From: Trueperaceae bacterium
GTDB taxonomy: Bacteria > Deinococcota > Deinococci > Deinococcales > Trueperaceae
NCBI GenBank assembly: GCA_965213705.1
Contig: OZ243913.1
Coordinates: forward strand, 672,001 to 736,000
Direction of reading: 5' to 3'
Length of the DNA: 64,000 nucleotides
Under the pieces are notes generated by a model. The model had not been told where the DNA came from. It ran no database searches and worked only from the letters and a program-made list of their open reading frames with translations. Made by a program: the position numbers and the translations under genes. Below, piece by piece: positions 27,506 to 39,316 of the stretch. Position 1 is the first letter of the stretch, and each line of letters begins with the position of its first letter.

Positions 27506-28525
27506 ATGCGTTATCTTTTGAGTTTTTTCGTAGTTTTGAGTCTAGCCCTCGCACAGTCCACACCCGACCTCGTTTTACCCGCAGGTTACACGGCCGAGGC
27601 TTTCATAACCGATTTACAGGGTCCCACCCAAATGATTCTCGGCCCGGACGGGCGCTTGTGGACGGCCCAACTCGCGGGTGGGGAGAACGCCGGAGCGGGT
27701 CAAGTTATAGCCCTGTCGCTCGAGACCGGCGAGCGCAAAACCCTGCTCGACAACCTTTCAAAGCCGACCGGTTTGGCGGTGCTGGACGACTACTTGTGGG
27801 TTGCTGCGGGCAACAGCTTGGTAAGAGCACCTTTGGACGGCAATAAAGTGGGCACCCCCGAGACCGTCCTGAGCAACCTCCCGTTCAACGGACGCTCGAA
27901 CGGCACCCTCACCGTGACGCCGGACGGCAAGTTACTTTTTGAAACGAGCGGGCGACGACAGGGCGACGGGGCGCAGCCGGGCTCGGCGACGCTGTGGGAA
28001 TTGCACCCGGACGCGCCCACCGAGCCCACAGCTTTCGCCACCGGCTTCAAGGGTGCCTACGCCCACACCTTCGACGCGGCAGGCAACCTGTTTAGCACTG
28101 AAATCGGCGACGACCCGGTCAACGGCTCCGCGCCGCCCGACGAACTCAACCTCGTGACGGCGGGCGGCGACTACGGCTGGCCGCAGTGTTTCGGCGATCG
28201 TCAGGCGGCCCGAAACTACGGCGGCACACCCGAAAAGTGTGCCGAAACGAAACCTGCCTTGGCCGTCTTCGCGCCGCAGTCCACGCCGACGAGCGTCGTC
28301 GTGTCGCCGTTCGAGGATGACGTGCTGCTCGTGGCCTTGTGGGGTCCGGCAAACACGAGCGTGGTGAGTGTTCCTTACGACCCTGAAACGCTTCGAGCCA
28401 GCGGTGAGGTCACAACGTTTGTCGACGGTTTGGCGCTGCCGCAGTCGTTGCTGGTGCTGCCGGACGGGAGTTTGCTGGTGAGCGACTTTGCCAGTGGGAC
28501 CGTTCACCGGGTCACCCGGCGCTGA
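27506..28525 (+). CDS. Exported glucose/sorbosone dehydrogenase-like beta-propeller
   Basis: Signal peptide; PPDELNLV.AGGDYGWPQC. Confidence 0.8.
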   Translation: MRYLLSFFVVLSLALAQSTPDLVLPAGYTAEAFITDLQGPTQMILGPDGRLWTAQLAGGENAGAGQVIALSLETGERKTLLDNLSKPTGLAVLDDYLWVAAGNSLVRAPLDGNKVGTPETVLSNLPFNGRSNGTLTVTPDGKLLFETSGRRQGDGAQPGSATLWELHPDAPTEPTAFATGFKGAYAHTFDAAGNLFSTEIGDDPVNGSAPPDELNLVTAGGDYGWPQCFGDRQAARNYGGTPEKCAETKPALAVFAPQSTPTSVVVSPFEDDVLLVALWGPANTSVVSVPYDPETLRASGEVTTFVDGLALPQSLLVLPDGSLLVSDFASGTVHRVTRR

Positions 28526-28612
28526 GGGTTTGTTTTAGCGGCTCGAGAACGTTTTGCGCTCGAGAAGACAGGGTTGAGACGACGCCACCACGCAAAAGGT
28601 AAGCTTGAAGCC

Positions 28613-29527
28613 ATGCGGGTCTGGTTCGTCTTCGTTTGCCTGTGCCTGAGTGCTTGCGCGCCGCGGGTGACTGCACCGCCCCCCGGCGCGCCCCCAACAG
28701 TCCCGGTAACGACGGGAGCGGTTGCGGCGAGCGGGTCGGCGGGTTGCGGTAAAACTGCGCCCGCCACGCCGCCCTCAAGCTTGAACGTCGGCGGGCGGGC
28801 GCGCGACTTCATCACCGCCCTGCCCGCCGACTACGACCCCGACCGACCTCACGCGCTCGTCGTGGCGTTTCACGGCCGGACGAACTCGAGCGCCCAAGCG
28901 CGGACCTATTTCGGCCTGGAAAGCGCCATGCCCGACACCTTGTTCGTCTACCCGAGCGGGCTGCGGCAGGGCCGGGGGTACAGCTGGGCAGACCCCGGCG
29001 ACCCGGAAGGCGCGCTGCGGGACTACGCTTTTTTCGACGCCATCGTGCAGACTATGTCGGGGTTGTACTGTTTGGCTCCGAGCCGCGTGTTCGTCGTCGG
29101 GCACTCGCTCGGGGCGTACTTTGCGAACAGCGTGGCTTGCGCGCGCGCAGGCGTGGTTCGGGCGGTCGCCTCGCTCGCGGGCGGCCCCGGCGGGTCGCAG
29201 TGCCGCGGGCCGGTTGCCGCGATGATCATGCACAACCCGAATGACCGCCACGTGGCGGTCGCGCAGGGCGCGGCGGCGCGTGACGTGTTCAGGGCCGCGG
29301 ACCACGCGACCGCTCCGGCCATGCCCGTGACCGACCCTCTTTTACGTGCATTTCGTTGTGTGCAGTACGGCGCTGCGCCCGACGCGGCGCTTTACCCAGT
29401 GCTGTTTTACCCAGTGCTGTGGTGCCCGCACCCGTTCGACACCCGCCACGACGGCAGCTATTACCCGCACACCTGGCCCCCACGGACGGCCGAAGCGGTG
29501 GCGATGTTTTTTGGGGCGCTGCCCTAA
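28613..29527 (+). CDS. Lipoprotein esterase (PHB depolymerase/feruloyl esterase-like)
   Basis: LSAC lipobox, SAGCG, VAFHG, GHSLG, HTWP. Confidence 0.8.
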   Translation: MRVWFVFVCLCLSACAPRVTAPPPGAPPTVPVTTGAVAASGSAGCGKTAPATPPSSLNVGGRARDFITALPADYDPDRPHALVVAFHGRTNSSAQARTYFGLESAMPDTLFVYPSGLRQGRGYSWADPGDPEGALRDYAFFDAIVQTMSGLYCLAPSRVFVVGHSLGAYFANSVACARAGVVRAVASLAGGPGGSQCRGPVAAMIMHNPNDRHVAVAQGAAARDVFRAADHATAPAMPVTDPLLRAFRCVQYGAAPDAALYPVLFYPVLWCPHPFDTRHDGSYYPHTWPPRTAEAVAMFFGALP

Positions 29528-29689
29528 AACACTCAAAACCTCTCAAAAATTTTTAGAGAGTTCGCCTCAAGGCTGCTTCAGTTTTGGTTACCGGGTCGTA
29601 AGCGTTCTTAGGAAGCCTCGAGCTGCAAGGCGCCAAACCTCATGCCTGCAGTGAAAAGGTGGGGCGAGAAAACCACAGGCGCTGACACC

Positions 29690-29965
29690 TCAGTTTTTGT
29701 CGAAACCCACCACGTCGCCGCGCCAGCCGTAGAGCAGCGCGTCGATGTCGTGCGCTTGCATGGGTTCCGGGTCGACCGGGACGACGTCGACGACGGCGCC
29801 GGTAGGCAGCAGCGCGGCCACCTCGTAAGCGCGGTCGTGGGCAAGTTCCAGCGTCATGAGTAGGTCGTAGGCCTTGGCGGTAAACTCGGTGACGTTGCCG
29901 TTTTTCAAGTAAGCAAAGGCGGAGGGCCAGTAGCAGCGGTAGAGCGTCAGTTCAGCGGTTTTCAT
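29690..29965 (-). CDS. Hypothetical protein
   Basis: AGGAG RBS, host-like codon usage. Confidence 0.6.
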   Translation of the reverse strand: MKTAELTLYRCYWPSAFAYLKNGNVTEFTAKAYDLLMTLELAHDRAYEVAALLPTGAVVDVVPVDPEPMQAHDIDALLYGWRGDVVGFDKN

Positions 29966-30232
29966 GCCTCGTCTCCTAACAAGCTTGGCTTGGAACACTC
30001 CCCGGCCCCTTTCTCGGTTTAAGAGTTGGGCGAAAACGTGTTGCCTGCCGTTGAACCGACTATAGGGTTCGCGCCCTTACAAAAATCTTACGAACAGCGT
30101 TTGGGACGGCTTAACCGGTGCGAACAATGTCACAATAACCTCTGTCTTACTCGGCCCCACAGCTTGGCACGGCCTCATCAGGGGGGTGTCAGGCACTTAC
30201 ACCGCTCGCCCTCAACGGCTAACATTAGGACG

Positions 30233-30706
30233 ATGACGAGTCGAGAGATGCAAGCTCACTTCGGCTACTATGCCTGGGCCACGACGCGAATGCTGGACGC
30301 TTGCGAAGAACTGAGCGAAACCGCTTTGTCGAGCCCTACCGGGGGCGCGTTCGGGTCGGTGTTCGCAACCTTGGTTCACCTTTACAGCGCCGAGGACATC
30401 TGGTTGGCGCGTTGGCAGGGTCAAGAGCGGGGATTTACGCCCACCGACGCCTTTGCAGGCTTGGAGCCCCTCCGCACAGCTTGGGGCCTCAAACAAGCCG
30501 AGCTTGCAACCTTTTTGCAAACAACCGACCCGGGAGAGGTGTTCGCGGCGCGCGACTTCTCTCATCCGCTGTGGCACATGGTCTTGCACCTGAGCGACCA
30601 CGGCAGCTTTCACCGCGGCCAGGTGATGCACTTTTTGCGCATTGCCGGGGTCGCGCCGCCGCCGAGCAACTTTATCCACTACCTGCGCGCTCGAGCCGAC
30701 GAGTAG
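30233..30706 (+). CDS. DinB-family protein
   Basis: FGSVFATLVHL..AEDIWLARW; HL.DHGSFHRGQV. Confidence 0.88.
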   Translation: MTSREMQAHFGYYAWATTRMLDACEELSETALSSPTGGAFGSVFATLVHLYSAEDIWLARWQGQERGFTPTDAFAGLEPLRTAWGLKQAELATFLQTTDPGEVFAARDFSHPLWHMVLHLSDHGSFHRGQVMHFLRIAGVAPPPSNFIHYLRARADE

Positions 30707-30745
30707 GTTCAAAGTCGGGCGCGACCCGCTCAGCTGCCGAGCCCG

Positions 30746-31441
30746 TCAGCCGCCGAGTTTGATGGTGGCCTTGCCGCTTCGCAGGGTGAACGTGGCGCTG
30801 AAACCGTCCAGGGTGGGCTCGCTCTCGGCGGTCAGCGCAAAGGCGAAGCGGCCCGTGTTCGGCGTGTTTTGCCCGTCCAGGCGGAGGACGGCGACGAACG
30901 CCGCCAGCGTACTGCGCTCGCTTGCCGAAACGCTCAAGGCCGAGGCGAGGCTGGCCGGGTCGCCCACGTAGGCGTAACCGCAACTCAGCGCGCCCACGTC
31001 GCAGGCCGCGTCACGCGTGAAAACAAGCTCGAGGTCGTGACTGAACGCTAAGGTAGCCGCGCCGTTCGCTTCGTCGCTCAGGTTCGCGGCTCCGGCGCTG
31101 CGAATTAAGGTAAAGCTCGTCGGAAACCTCTCGGTGACGGGTCGGCTCAAGCTCACCTCGGGGCCGAAGCCTACCTGAACGTCCAGGCGCGCCAAGGAAA
31201 AGCCGCGCAAGTCGAGTTCTTGGTCGTCGAACGTGCGCGTGAAGGTGGCCTGCGCTTGGCTGTTTGCCTGGCTCGTGAGGCCTGCTTGGCGAGTGTCCGC
31301 GTCTGCGAAGGTCGTGGTCAGACTCTGACCCTCGACGCCGAACGGGTCGGCTATCTCAAGAGGTGGAACGAAAGCGGCGACCAGGCCGCAGCCGCTCAAA
31401 AGCACGGGCAGGGCCACGACAAGAAAATAGCGAGCATTCAT
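30746..31441 (-). CDS. Hypothetical lipoprotein
   Basis: LLSGC lipobox; AGAGG RBS. Confidence 0.7.
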   Translation of the reverse strand: MNARYFLVVALPVLLSGCGLVAAFVPPLEIADPFGVEGQSLTTTFADADTRQAGLTSQANSQAQATFTRTFDDQELDLRGFSLARLDVQVGFGPEVSLSRPVTERFPTSFTLIRSAGAANLSDEANGAATLAFSHDLELVFTRDAACDVGALSCGYAYVGDPASLASALSVSASERSTLAAFVAVLRLDGQNTPNTGRFAFALTAESEPTLDGFSATFTLRSGKATIKLGG

Positions 31442-31790
31442 CTGAACCTCTTTCTCGAGTTTTATACCGCTGGGACGACGGCGGCTTGCGCCCTTCGTTT
31501 GTGAGAACCGGTTCTCGGGTCACCAAAACTGTTCGGTGCCGGTATTCGCTCGCCCCGGCCGTCCGCAACCGGCGCGGCGAGAACGCCGGCCTCTTGCTAA
31601 GTCTAGGGTGCGTTCTCCCCTCGGGGCTAGGAGGTTTGTTACTTCTTGGTCGTCTCTTTTGGGGTTTTTGCGTTCGGTGTGTTTTGCGTTTTGGGCCTTT
31701 GCCGCGCGTTGCGAAAAGGGCGTTTTGAGGTTTGGTCCCGCGCGCCGCGCGTGTCTTTTGTGTCCCTGCATGTCTCCGTGTCTCAACGCC

Positions 31791-31819
31791 TTGACACTTT
31801 CGCTTTACCTTCCTATACT
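31791..31819 (+). promoter_or_regulatory. Sigma70-type promoter of the yceD-rpmF-fab cluster
   Basis: TTGACA-17 nt-TATACT. Confidence 0.75.
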
Positions 31820-31828
31820 TTGCAGCCT

Positions 31829-32401
31829 ATGTCGACACCCGCCGAGCCCAAACAAAACGCCGTTTTGAACCTGGCCCAACTCCTGGGCGGCGACGTCAGC
31901 GCCTACGAGGTCGAGGAAGAAGGCCTGCTCGCGCCGAGCGACGAACTGCTCGACGCCGACGGTCTACGTTTGCTCGAGCCCCTCAGTTGGCACCTCACCG
32001 TGCGCAGCACCGGCGGTGACGACGACTTTATCTTAGAAGGCGAAACCTCCGGCGTGGCGCTTTTGGAGTGCCGCCGCTGTTTGGAAGACGCGACGGTCCA
32101 AGTTCACTCGGACTTTATCTATCTCATGATTTACCGCCCCGGCACCGAAACCCTGACGCTGCTGGAAAACGGTGCGGACGAAGAAGACACCTTGCAGTTC
32201 GGCCGCCCGGAAGTGGACTTCGCCGAACTCATCACCCAACTGTTCGCCATCGACCTGCCCCTGACCGCGCTCTGCAAGGACGACTGCCGCGGCTTGTCGC
32301 CGGACGGCGTCAACTTAAACGACCACCCCGAGTACGTGAGCGAAGCGCCGGGCGAAGACACGACCTCGCCCTTCGCGGCGCTCAAAGACTTCGAAGTTTG
32401 A
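31829..32401 (+). CDS. DUF177/YceD-family protein
   Basis: [23 protein letters not shown]; upstream of rpmF. Confidence 0.9.
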   Translation: MSTPAEPKQNAVLNLAQLLGGDVSAYEVEEEGLLAPSDELLDADGLRLLEPLSWHLTVRSTGGDDDFILEGETSGVALLECRRCLEDATVQVHSDFIYLMIYRPGTETLTLLENGADEEDTLQFGRPEVDFAELITQLFAIDLPLTALCKDDCRGLSPDGVNLNDHPEYVSEAPGEDTTSPFAALKDFEV

Positions 32402-32493
32402 GGGGTTGCGGGTCCGGTTGGCGTTGCGGCGCGGTCGTCTGCTATACTGCTACGGTTTGTGTCTCACAGGGCACGTGTAAAAGGAGTTTTTCA

Positions 32494-32682
32494 ATGGCAA
32501 AACATCCGGTTCCCAAAAAGCGCACCTCAAAAGCGCGCCGCGACTCGCGCCGCGCGCACGATAACTTAAGCGCTCCCAGCCTCACCGCTTGCGCGCAGTG
32601 CGGCGAGATGAAGCTGTCTCACACGGTTTGCCCGCACTGCGGCAGCTACAAGGGCAGGGACGTTCTCGACATCGAGGCGTAA
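32494..32682 (+). CDS. rpmF: 50S ribosomal protein L32
   Basis: [20 protein letters not shown]...CAQCG...[10 protein letters not shown]. Confidence 0.97.
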   Translation: MAKHPVPKKRTSKARRDSRRAHDNLSAPSLTACAQCGEMKLSHTVCPHCGSYKGRDVLDIEA

Positions 32683-32805
32683 CCGTGGCGCAAACCGGCC
32701 GTCAGGCCGGAAGTCTGAAATAGGCTTAGAATAGGACTGCTGAGAAGCGGTCTTATTTTTTTGTCTCGAGGCAGGTTGACGGGTGGTTTTTGTGGACGTG
32801 ACAGC

Positions 32806-33792
32806 ATGAGCATGGCGAGGGCGGGCGTGACCGCGCTGGGCGCTTACGCCCCGGCCAAAACGGTGTCGAACGCGGACTTAGAACAGTTGATGGACACGAG
32901 CGACGAGTGGATAACCTCGCGGACCGGCATCAAAAACCGGCACGTGTCGGCCGACGACGAGTTCACCTCGACCTTGGCGTTCAGGGCGGTCGAGAACCTG
33001 CTGGCGCGGCACGGCGCGGACGCGCTGCAAGGGGTGGACTTGGTCGTCGTGGCGACCAACACGCCGGACGCCTTTTTCCCGGCCACGGCGGCGCTCGTGC
33101 AGGAGCGTTTCAAGCTCACGGCGGGCGTGTTCGACGTGCTTACCGCTTGTTCGGGCTGGCTCTACGCGCTCGCGACCGCCAAGGCTTATGTCGAGTCGGG
33201 GATGTGCCGCAAAGTGCTGACCATCGGGGCGGAAACCCTGACGAAGTTTTTGGACTGGAGCGACCGGAGCACCGCTATCTTGTTCGGCGACGGGGCGGGC
33301 GCGGCCGTCGTGGAACGCGTGCCGGAACCCTACGGGTTCAAGTCGTTCGTGTTGGGGGCGGACGGCTCCGGGGCCAAGCACCTGAACGTCGGGGCCGTCG
33401 CGCCGCACCTGCCCGACGGTACCCCCATCACCGGCAAGGTCTACCAAAACGGTCCCGAGGTGTTCAAGTTCGCGGTGCGGGTCATGCAGACCGCCTCCCT
33501 GGAGGCAATTCAAGCGGCCGAGCTGACGCCCAAAGACATCAGCTTGTTCGTGCCGCACCAGGCGAACCTGCGCATTATCAAGGCGGCTCGAGAACGCCTC
33601 GAGCTGAGCGAGGACCGCGTCGTCGTGACCATCCAGGAGTACGGCAACAACTCGACGGCCAGCATTCCCCTGGCGCTGAAACACGCGCTCGACGACGGCC
33701 GTATACAAGACGGCGACAACTTGCTGCTCGTCGCTTTCGGCGGCGGTTTGTCCTGGGGGGCGACGGTGCTCACCTGGGGGGGCGGTTCATGA
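32806..33792 (+). CDS. fabH: Beta-ketoacyl-ACP synthase III
   Basis: DTSDEWI.SRTGI, TACSG, PHQANLRII, YGNNSTAS. Confidence 0.96.
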   Translation: MSMARAGVTALGAYAPAKTVSNADLEQLMDTSDEWITSRTGIKNRHVSADDEFTSTLAFRAVENLLARHGADALQGVDLVVVATNTPDAFFPATAALVQERFKLTAGVFDVLTACSGWLYALATAKAYVESGMCRKVLTIGAETLTKFLDWSDRSTAILFGDGAGAAVVERVPEPYGFKSFVLGADGSGAKHLNVGAVAPHLPDGTPITGKVYQNGPEVFKFAVRVMQTASLEAIQAAELTPKDISLFVPHQANLRIIKAARERLELSEDRVVVTIQEYGNNSTASIPLALKHALDDGRIQDGDNLLLVAFGGGLSWGATVLTWGGGS

Positions 33793-34700
33793 TAGCCGCC
33801 CTGTTTCCCGGCCAGAACTCGCAAACCCTGGGCATGGCTAGAGACTTTTACGAATCTTCCGGGGCAGCGCGGCGCGTGTTGGACCGTTCGGAGGCCGCGC
33901 TGCCGGGCTTGTTAGAAATCATGTGGAACGGTCCCGAAGACGCCCTCAAACTCACCGCCAACCAGCAGCCCGCGCTGGTCGCGGCGGGAATGGCTGCCTA
34001 CGCGGCTTACTGCGAAGCCGGGGGCGACGCGGTCTACGCCGCCGGGCACAGCCTGGGCGAGTTTACAGCGCACGTGGCGGCGGGCTCGCTCGAGCTGGGC
34101 GACGCCCTCAAACTGGTGCGCAAGCGCGGCGAGTACATGCAAGAGGCGGTGCCCGCGGGCGTCGGCGCGATGGCGGCGGTGCTCAAGCTGGACCCGGCAA
34201 CGGTCGAGCGGGTGTGCGCGCAAACCGGTGGCGTCGAAATCGCCAACCTCAACTCGCCCCAACAAACCGTGATTTCGGGCGCGGCGGCGGCGGTCACGGC
34301 GGCGAGCGACGCGCTCAAACGAGAGGGCGCGCGCGTCGTTCCGCTTAAAGTCTCCGCGCCCTTCCACTGCAGCCTCATGCGGCCCGCAGCCGACCGGCTC
34401 GAGCGCGACTTGAACGCGCTTACCTTCCAAGCGCCGAAGTTGAGCATCGTCTGCAACGTCACCGCGGACGTGCTCGCCGACCCGGCACAAGCACCCGACT
34501 TGCTGACACGCCAAGTCACCGCGCCGGTGCGCTGGGTCGAGAGCGTGCAGCGCTTGCACGCTCTCGGCGTCACCAGGTTTTTAGAGTTCGGCTCGGGGTC
34601 GGTGCTGACCGGCCTCGTCGGGCGGATTTTGGACGATGTAGAGGCGCGGGCCGTCACCGACACGGCGTCACTGCGAGCCTCACTGGAGGTGGCGTCATGA
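33789..34700 (+). CDS. fabD: Malonyl-CoA:ACP transacylase
   Basis: LFPGQ, GHSLGE, VSAPFHC. Confidence 0.96.
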   Translation: MIAALFPGQNSQTLGMARDFYESSGAARRVLDRSEAALPGLLEIMWNGPEDALKLTANQQPALVAAGMAAYAAYCEAGGDAVYAAGHSLGEFTAHVAAGSLELGDALKLVRKRGEYMQEAVPAGVGAMAAVLKLDPATVERVCAQTGGVEIANLNSPQQTVISGAAAAVTAASDALKREGARVVPLKVSAPFHCSLMRPAADRLERDLNALTFQAPKLSIVCNVTADVLADPAQAPDLLTRQVTAPVRWVESVQRLHALGVTRFLEFGSGSVLTGLVGRILDDVEARAVTDTASLRASLEVAS

Positions 34701-35461
34701 CGCAGCAAACGGCGCAAGGTGAAACCCCGCGCGTCGCGCTGGTGACGGGCTCGTCGCGGGGGCTGGGCCGGGCGATGGCGCTGGCCTTGGGCGCGCAGGG
34801 GTGCGCGGTCGCGGTGCACTACGGTCGTTCCGAAGGCCCGGCGCAAGAAGTGGCTGAAGCGCTGCGCGCCGTAGGCGCACGCGCCGCCGTGTTCGGCGCG
34901 GACGTCTCGAGCGCTGCCGCCTGTCAAGACTTAGTCAAAGCTGTGAGCGAGGAACTCGGCGGTTTGGACATTCTGGTCAACAACGCGGGCATCACCAGGG
35001 ACGGGCTGGTCTTGCGCATGAAAGAAGACGACTGGGACATGGTGCTCAAGACCAACCTCTCGAGCGCTTTTCACCTCTCCAAAACTGCGCTGCGCCCCAT
35101 GTTGCGGGCCGGCTGGGGCCGCATCGTCAACATCTCGTCGGTGGTGGGTTTGACGGGCAACGCGGGCCAGGCCAACTACGTCGCGGCCAAGGCGGGCTTG
35201 GTCGGCCTCACCAAGGCGCTCGCCAAGGAGTACGGCGGCAAAGGCGTCACCGTGAACGCCGTCGCGCCGGGATTCATCGCCTCGGACATGACCCAAGTCC
35301 TCGGGGAAGACCTCAAAAAGGCTTACCTGTCGCAGATTCCCGCGGGGCGCTTCGGGCAGCCGGAAGAGGTCGCGGCCCTGGTCGCGTTTCTGGCGAGCGA
35401 CTCGGCCGCCTACATCAACGGTCAGACGGTGGCGGTGGACGGGGGTATGGTGATGCACTAA
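34697..35461 (+). CDS. fabG: 3-oxoacyl-ACP reductase
   Basis: NNAGITRD, GQANYVAAK; operon context. Confidence 0.96.
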   Translation: MTQQTAQGETPRVALVTGSSRGLGRAMALALGAQGCAVAVHYGRSEGPAQEVAEALRAVGARAAVFGADVSSAAACQDLVKAVSEELGGLDILVNNAGITRDGLVLRMKEDDWDMVLKTNLSSAFHLSKTALRPMLRAGWGRIVNISSVVGLTGNAGQANYVAAKAGLVGLTKALAKEYGGKGVTVNAVAPGFIASDMTQVLGEDLKKAYLSQIPAGRFGQPEEVAALVAFLASDSAAYINGQTVAVDGGMVMH

Positions 35462-35647
35462 GCGGGGGTCGGCGGCCTTTTTTGGCGCGGTCGTTCGTGC
35501 GGTCGTTCGTGCAGTGGTTCACTGAAGTCGGCCGCGTGAGGTTGGGCGGGCAGAAAGCGGTCGGGTTGCGTCTGCGAGCTTGCATGTTACACTCCCTGAG
35601 AATTTGGGCTAACATTGCCCCAGGAAAACTTTACTAGGAGGAACACC

Positions 35648-35887
35648 GTGGAACACTCAGAAGTTTTTGCCAAGATTAAAGACGTGGTCGCCGACAAACT
35701 CGACACCGACCCCGACGAAATCACCGAGAGCGCCTCGTTTGTCGACGACTTGGGCGCGGACTCGCTCGACGTGGTCGAACTCATCATGGGTTTGGAAGAC
35801 GAGTTCGGAATTGAGATAAGCGACGAAGAAGCCGAGAACATCCGCACCGTCGGCGACGCGGTGACGTTTATCTCGAGCCAGCAGTAA
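35648..35887 (+). CDS. acpP: Acyl carrier protein
   Basis: [12 protein letters not shown]. Confidence 0.97.
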   Translation: MEHSEVFAKIKDVVADKLDTDPDEITESASFVDDLGADSLDVVELIMGLEDEFGIEISDEEAENIRTVGDAVTFISSQQ

Positions 35888-35925
35888 GTCGCTCGAGCGC
35901 GCCCGTCACAAGGTAGACTAGGGCC

Positions 35926-37155
<1,230 letters not shown>

Positions 37156-37159
37156 GGGA

Positions 37160-37296
37160 GAGTACCGAGTGATGAGTACCGAGTAAAGAACAGAGGCTAA
37201 AAAGGGCTCGAGCCAGCGGCTTGTGGCGGGTGGCTTATAAAAAGCCAAAGCGACGAGACGACTCAGGTCACACTCGGTACTTTCTACTCGGTACTT
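37160..37296. repeat. Intergenic heptamer-based inverted repeat, second copy
   Basis: GAGTACCGAGTGATGAGTACCGAGT ... ACTCGGTACTTTCTACTCGGTACT. Confidence 0.7.
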
Positions 37297-37400
37297 TTCA
37301 CCCGTGCCCGGCAATAGTAGGTTGCCTCCTAAACATTCGGTTTGGGGTCGCGTAGGCTTGCACTTGCCTACAAACGGCTACAAATCTTTAAGGGGGCAGT

Positions 37401-38276
37401 ATGTTTTACCACGACAGCAAGTTACAGTACACGGTCCGGGTGGACACGCCGAACCCGCTGTTCGCCAAGGCGCTTCAACAGGCCATCGGCGGCATCGAGG
37501 GCGAAATCCGGGTGATGATGCAGTACCTGTTCCAGGCCTTCGGGTCGCGCGGCCCGACCAAATACCGGGACATGCTCCTAGAAACCGGCACCGAGGAGAT
37601 GGGCCACGTCGAAATGCTCGCCACGGCCGTCGCCATGAACTTAGAAGGCGCGCCGACGAGTTTCAAAGAGGACGCCGCCAAAGACGGAGCCGTCGAAGCC
37701 GTGTTGGGCGGCATGAACCTCCGCCACATCTTGTCTTCGGGTTTGGGCGCAATGCCGGTCAACTCTAACGGCGTCCCGTTCGACTGCTCACACGTCTACG
37801 CGACCGGCAACATCGCCGCCGACATGTACGCCAACGTCACCGCCGAGTCGGGCGGGCGCGCGCTGGCGGTGCGCCTTTACAACATGACCGACGACCCCGG
37901 TATGAAGGACATGCTCAAGTTCTTGATCGCCCGCGACACTATGCACCAAGAGCAGTGGCTGGCCGTGTTGGAAGAACTCGGCGGCCCTAAAAACCACCCC
38001 ATTCCCAACTCGTTCCCGCAAGAAGAAGAGCTGCAGGACTACAACTACGTGTTCCTGGGCTTCAAAAAAGATGGCTCCGAACCGCCGCAGGGCCGCTGGT
38101 CGAGCGGGCCGTCCATCGACGGGCGCAGTGAATTCAGCAGCCGCGTCATGACGCCGCAGGGCCAAGAGCCCAAGCTCGCGCCGCCCAAGCCGGGCACGGG
38201 CGCGCAAAAAGAGCAGATGACGGGGCCGGGGTTGGTCGACAAGGCCGTCACCGTGGTTCAGGAGATTCTCGAGTAG
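37401..38276 (+). CDS. Manganese catalase family protein
   Basis: GGIEGE...QYLFQ, TEEMGHVE, ARDTMHQ. Confidence 0.93.
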   Translation: MFYHDSKLQYTVRVDTPNPLFAKALQQAIGGIEGEIRVMMQYLFQAFGSRGPTKYRDMLLETGTEEMGHVEMLATAVAMNLEGAPTSFKEDAAKDGAVEAVLGGMNLRHILSSGLGAMPVNSNGVPFDCSHVYATGNIAADMYANVTAESGGRALAVRLYNMTDDPGMKDMLKFLIARDTMHQEQWLAVLEELGGPKNHPIPNSFPQEEELQDYNYVFLGFKKDGSEPPQGRWSSGPSIDGRSEFSSRVMTPQGQEPKLAPPKPGTGAQKEQMTGPGLVDKAVTVVQEILE

Positions 38277-38344
38277 AACCTGAGGTCGTCGACACGCTGG
38301 GTTCGTAATCCGGCGTGTCGACGACTTGCAACAAGGGGGGAAGT

Positions 38345-38734
38345 ATGCGTTTTATACCGACGAGTGTTCACGGCGTTTTGGACTACCTGACGGGCGCTTT
38401 GCTGATCGTCATGCCCTGGCTTTTCGGTTTTGCGTTGGGAGGCGCGGAAACCTGGGTCCCGGTCGTGCTGGGGGCGGGTGTCATCCTTTACAGTTTATTA
38501 ACGAACTACGAACTTGGCGCGGTGCGGGCGCTGAGCATGAGCGCGCACCTCGGACTGGACGCCGCGGGCGGTCTTTTACTCGCCGTTTCGCCCTGGCTTT
38601 TCGGCTTCAGCGACGTCGTCTTTTGGCCTCACCTCATCGTCGGGCTGTTTGAAATCGGGGCCGCCCTAACAACCCGTACGACGCCGTACCGAGCCAGTGC
38701 TAGGGACGAACCCTATCGACAACCGCGCACTTAA
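38345..38734 (+). CDS. SPW-repeat membrane protein
   Basis: HGVLDY, MPWLFGF / SPWLFGF repeats. Confidence 0.85.
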   Translation: MRFIPTSVHGVLDYLTGALLIVMPWLFGFALGGAETWVPVVLGAGVILYSLLTNYELGAVRALSMSAHLGLDAAGGLLLAVSPWLFGFSDVVFWPHLIVGLFEIGAALTTRTTPYRASARDEPYRQPRT

Positions 38735-39203
38735 TCCGGCTCACCTGCAGCGGCGAACGCTTCGGATTGGCTTCGTCCTCGGGGTGGGTTTGATAGGTAC
38801 GCTCGACGGCACGGTCGTTCACGAACTGTTCCAGTGGCACCGCTTTTACGTCCACACGACCGAGTTTTGGCGCGTCTTTATCGACGGGCTGTTTCACTTG
38901 GGCTCGGCGTTGCTGCTGTTCGTCGGCGCCCTTCAGCTGTGGCGGCAACGCGAAAGGTTGGCCGCCCTGCAAGACGGCGGCGCGGCCCTGGGCGCAGGTG
39001 TGCTGTTGGGCATGGGCGCGTTCAACCTTTACGACGGCGTCGTTCAACACAAAATCCTCAGACTCCACCCGGTGCGGCTCGGGATCGAAAACCAACTGCC
39101 CTACGACCTCGCTTGGAACGCGGTCGCCGTTCTCCTGCTACTTGTGGGTTGGGCTTTGTGGCGCGTGGCGAAGCGGCGGGTGGCTGCTTCTCGGCCCGCT
39201 TAG
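38697..39203 (+). CDS. DUF2243-family membrane protein (start uncertain)
   Basis: DGTVVHELFQWH, DGLFH, FNLYDGVVQHKILRLH. Confidence 0.82.
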   Translation: MLGTNPIDNRALNPAHLQRRTLRIGFVLGVGLIGTLDGTVVHELFQWHRFYVHTTEFWRVFIDGLFHLGSALLLFVGALQLWRQRERLAALQDGGAALGAGVLLGMGAFNLYDGVVQHKILRLHPVRLGIENQLPYDLAWNAVAVLLLLVGWALWRVAKRRVAASRPA

Positions 39204-39316
39204 AAACCAGACCTTTTCGTCTCGGCGAGACGGCGACGCGAGTCGGCCTCACCGTCGCTCGAGGGCGCTGTTTAAAACTTGAGAGTTCAGGGGCTCGAGG
39301 CCCCGAAAGGAACCGA

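Noticed and set aside
32068..34700. Extended ORFs 32068-32682 and 32907-34700
   Set aside because: Upstream extensions are off-frame overlaps typical of high-GC DNA; rpmF starts at 32494 and fabD at 33789.
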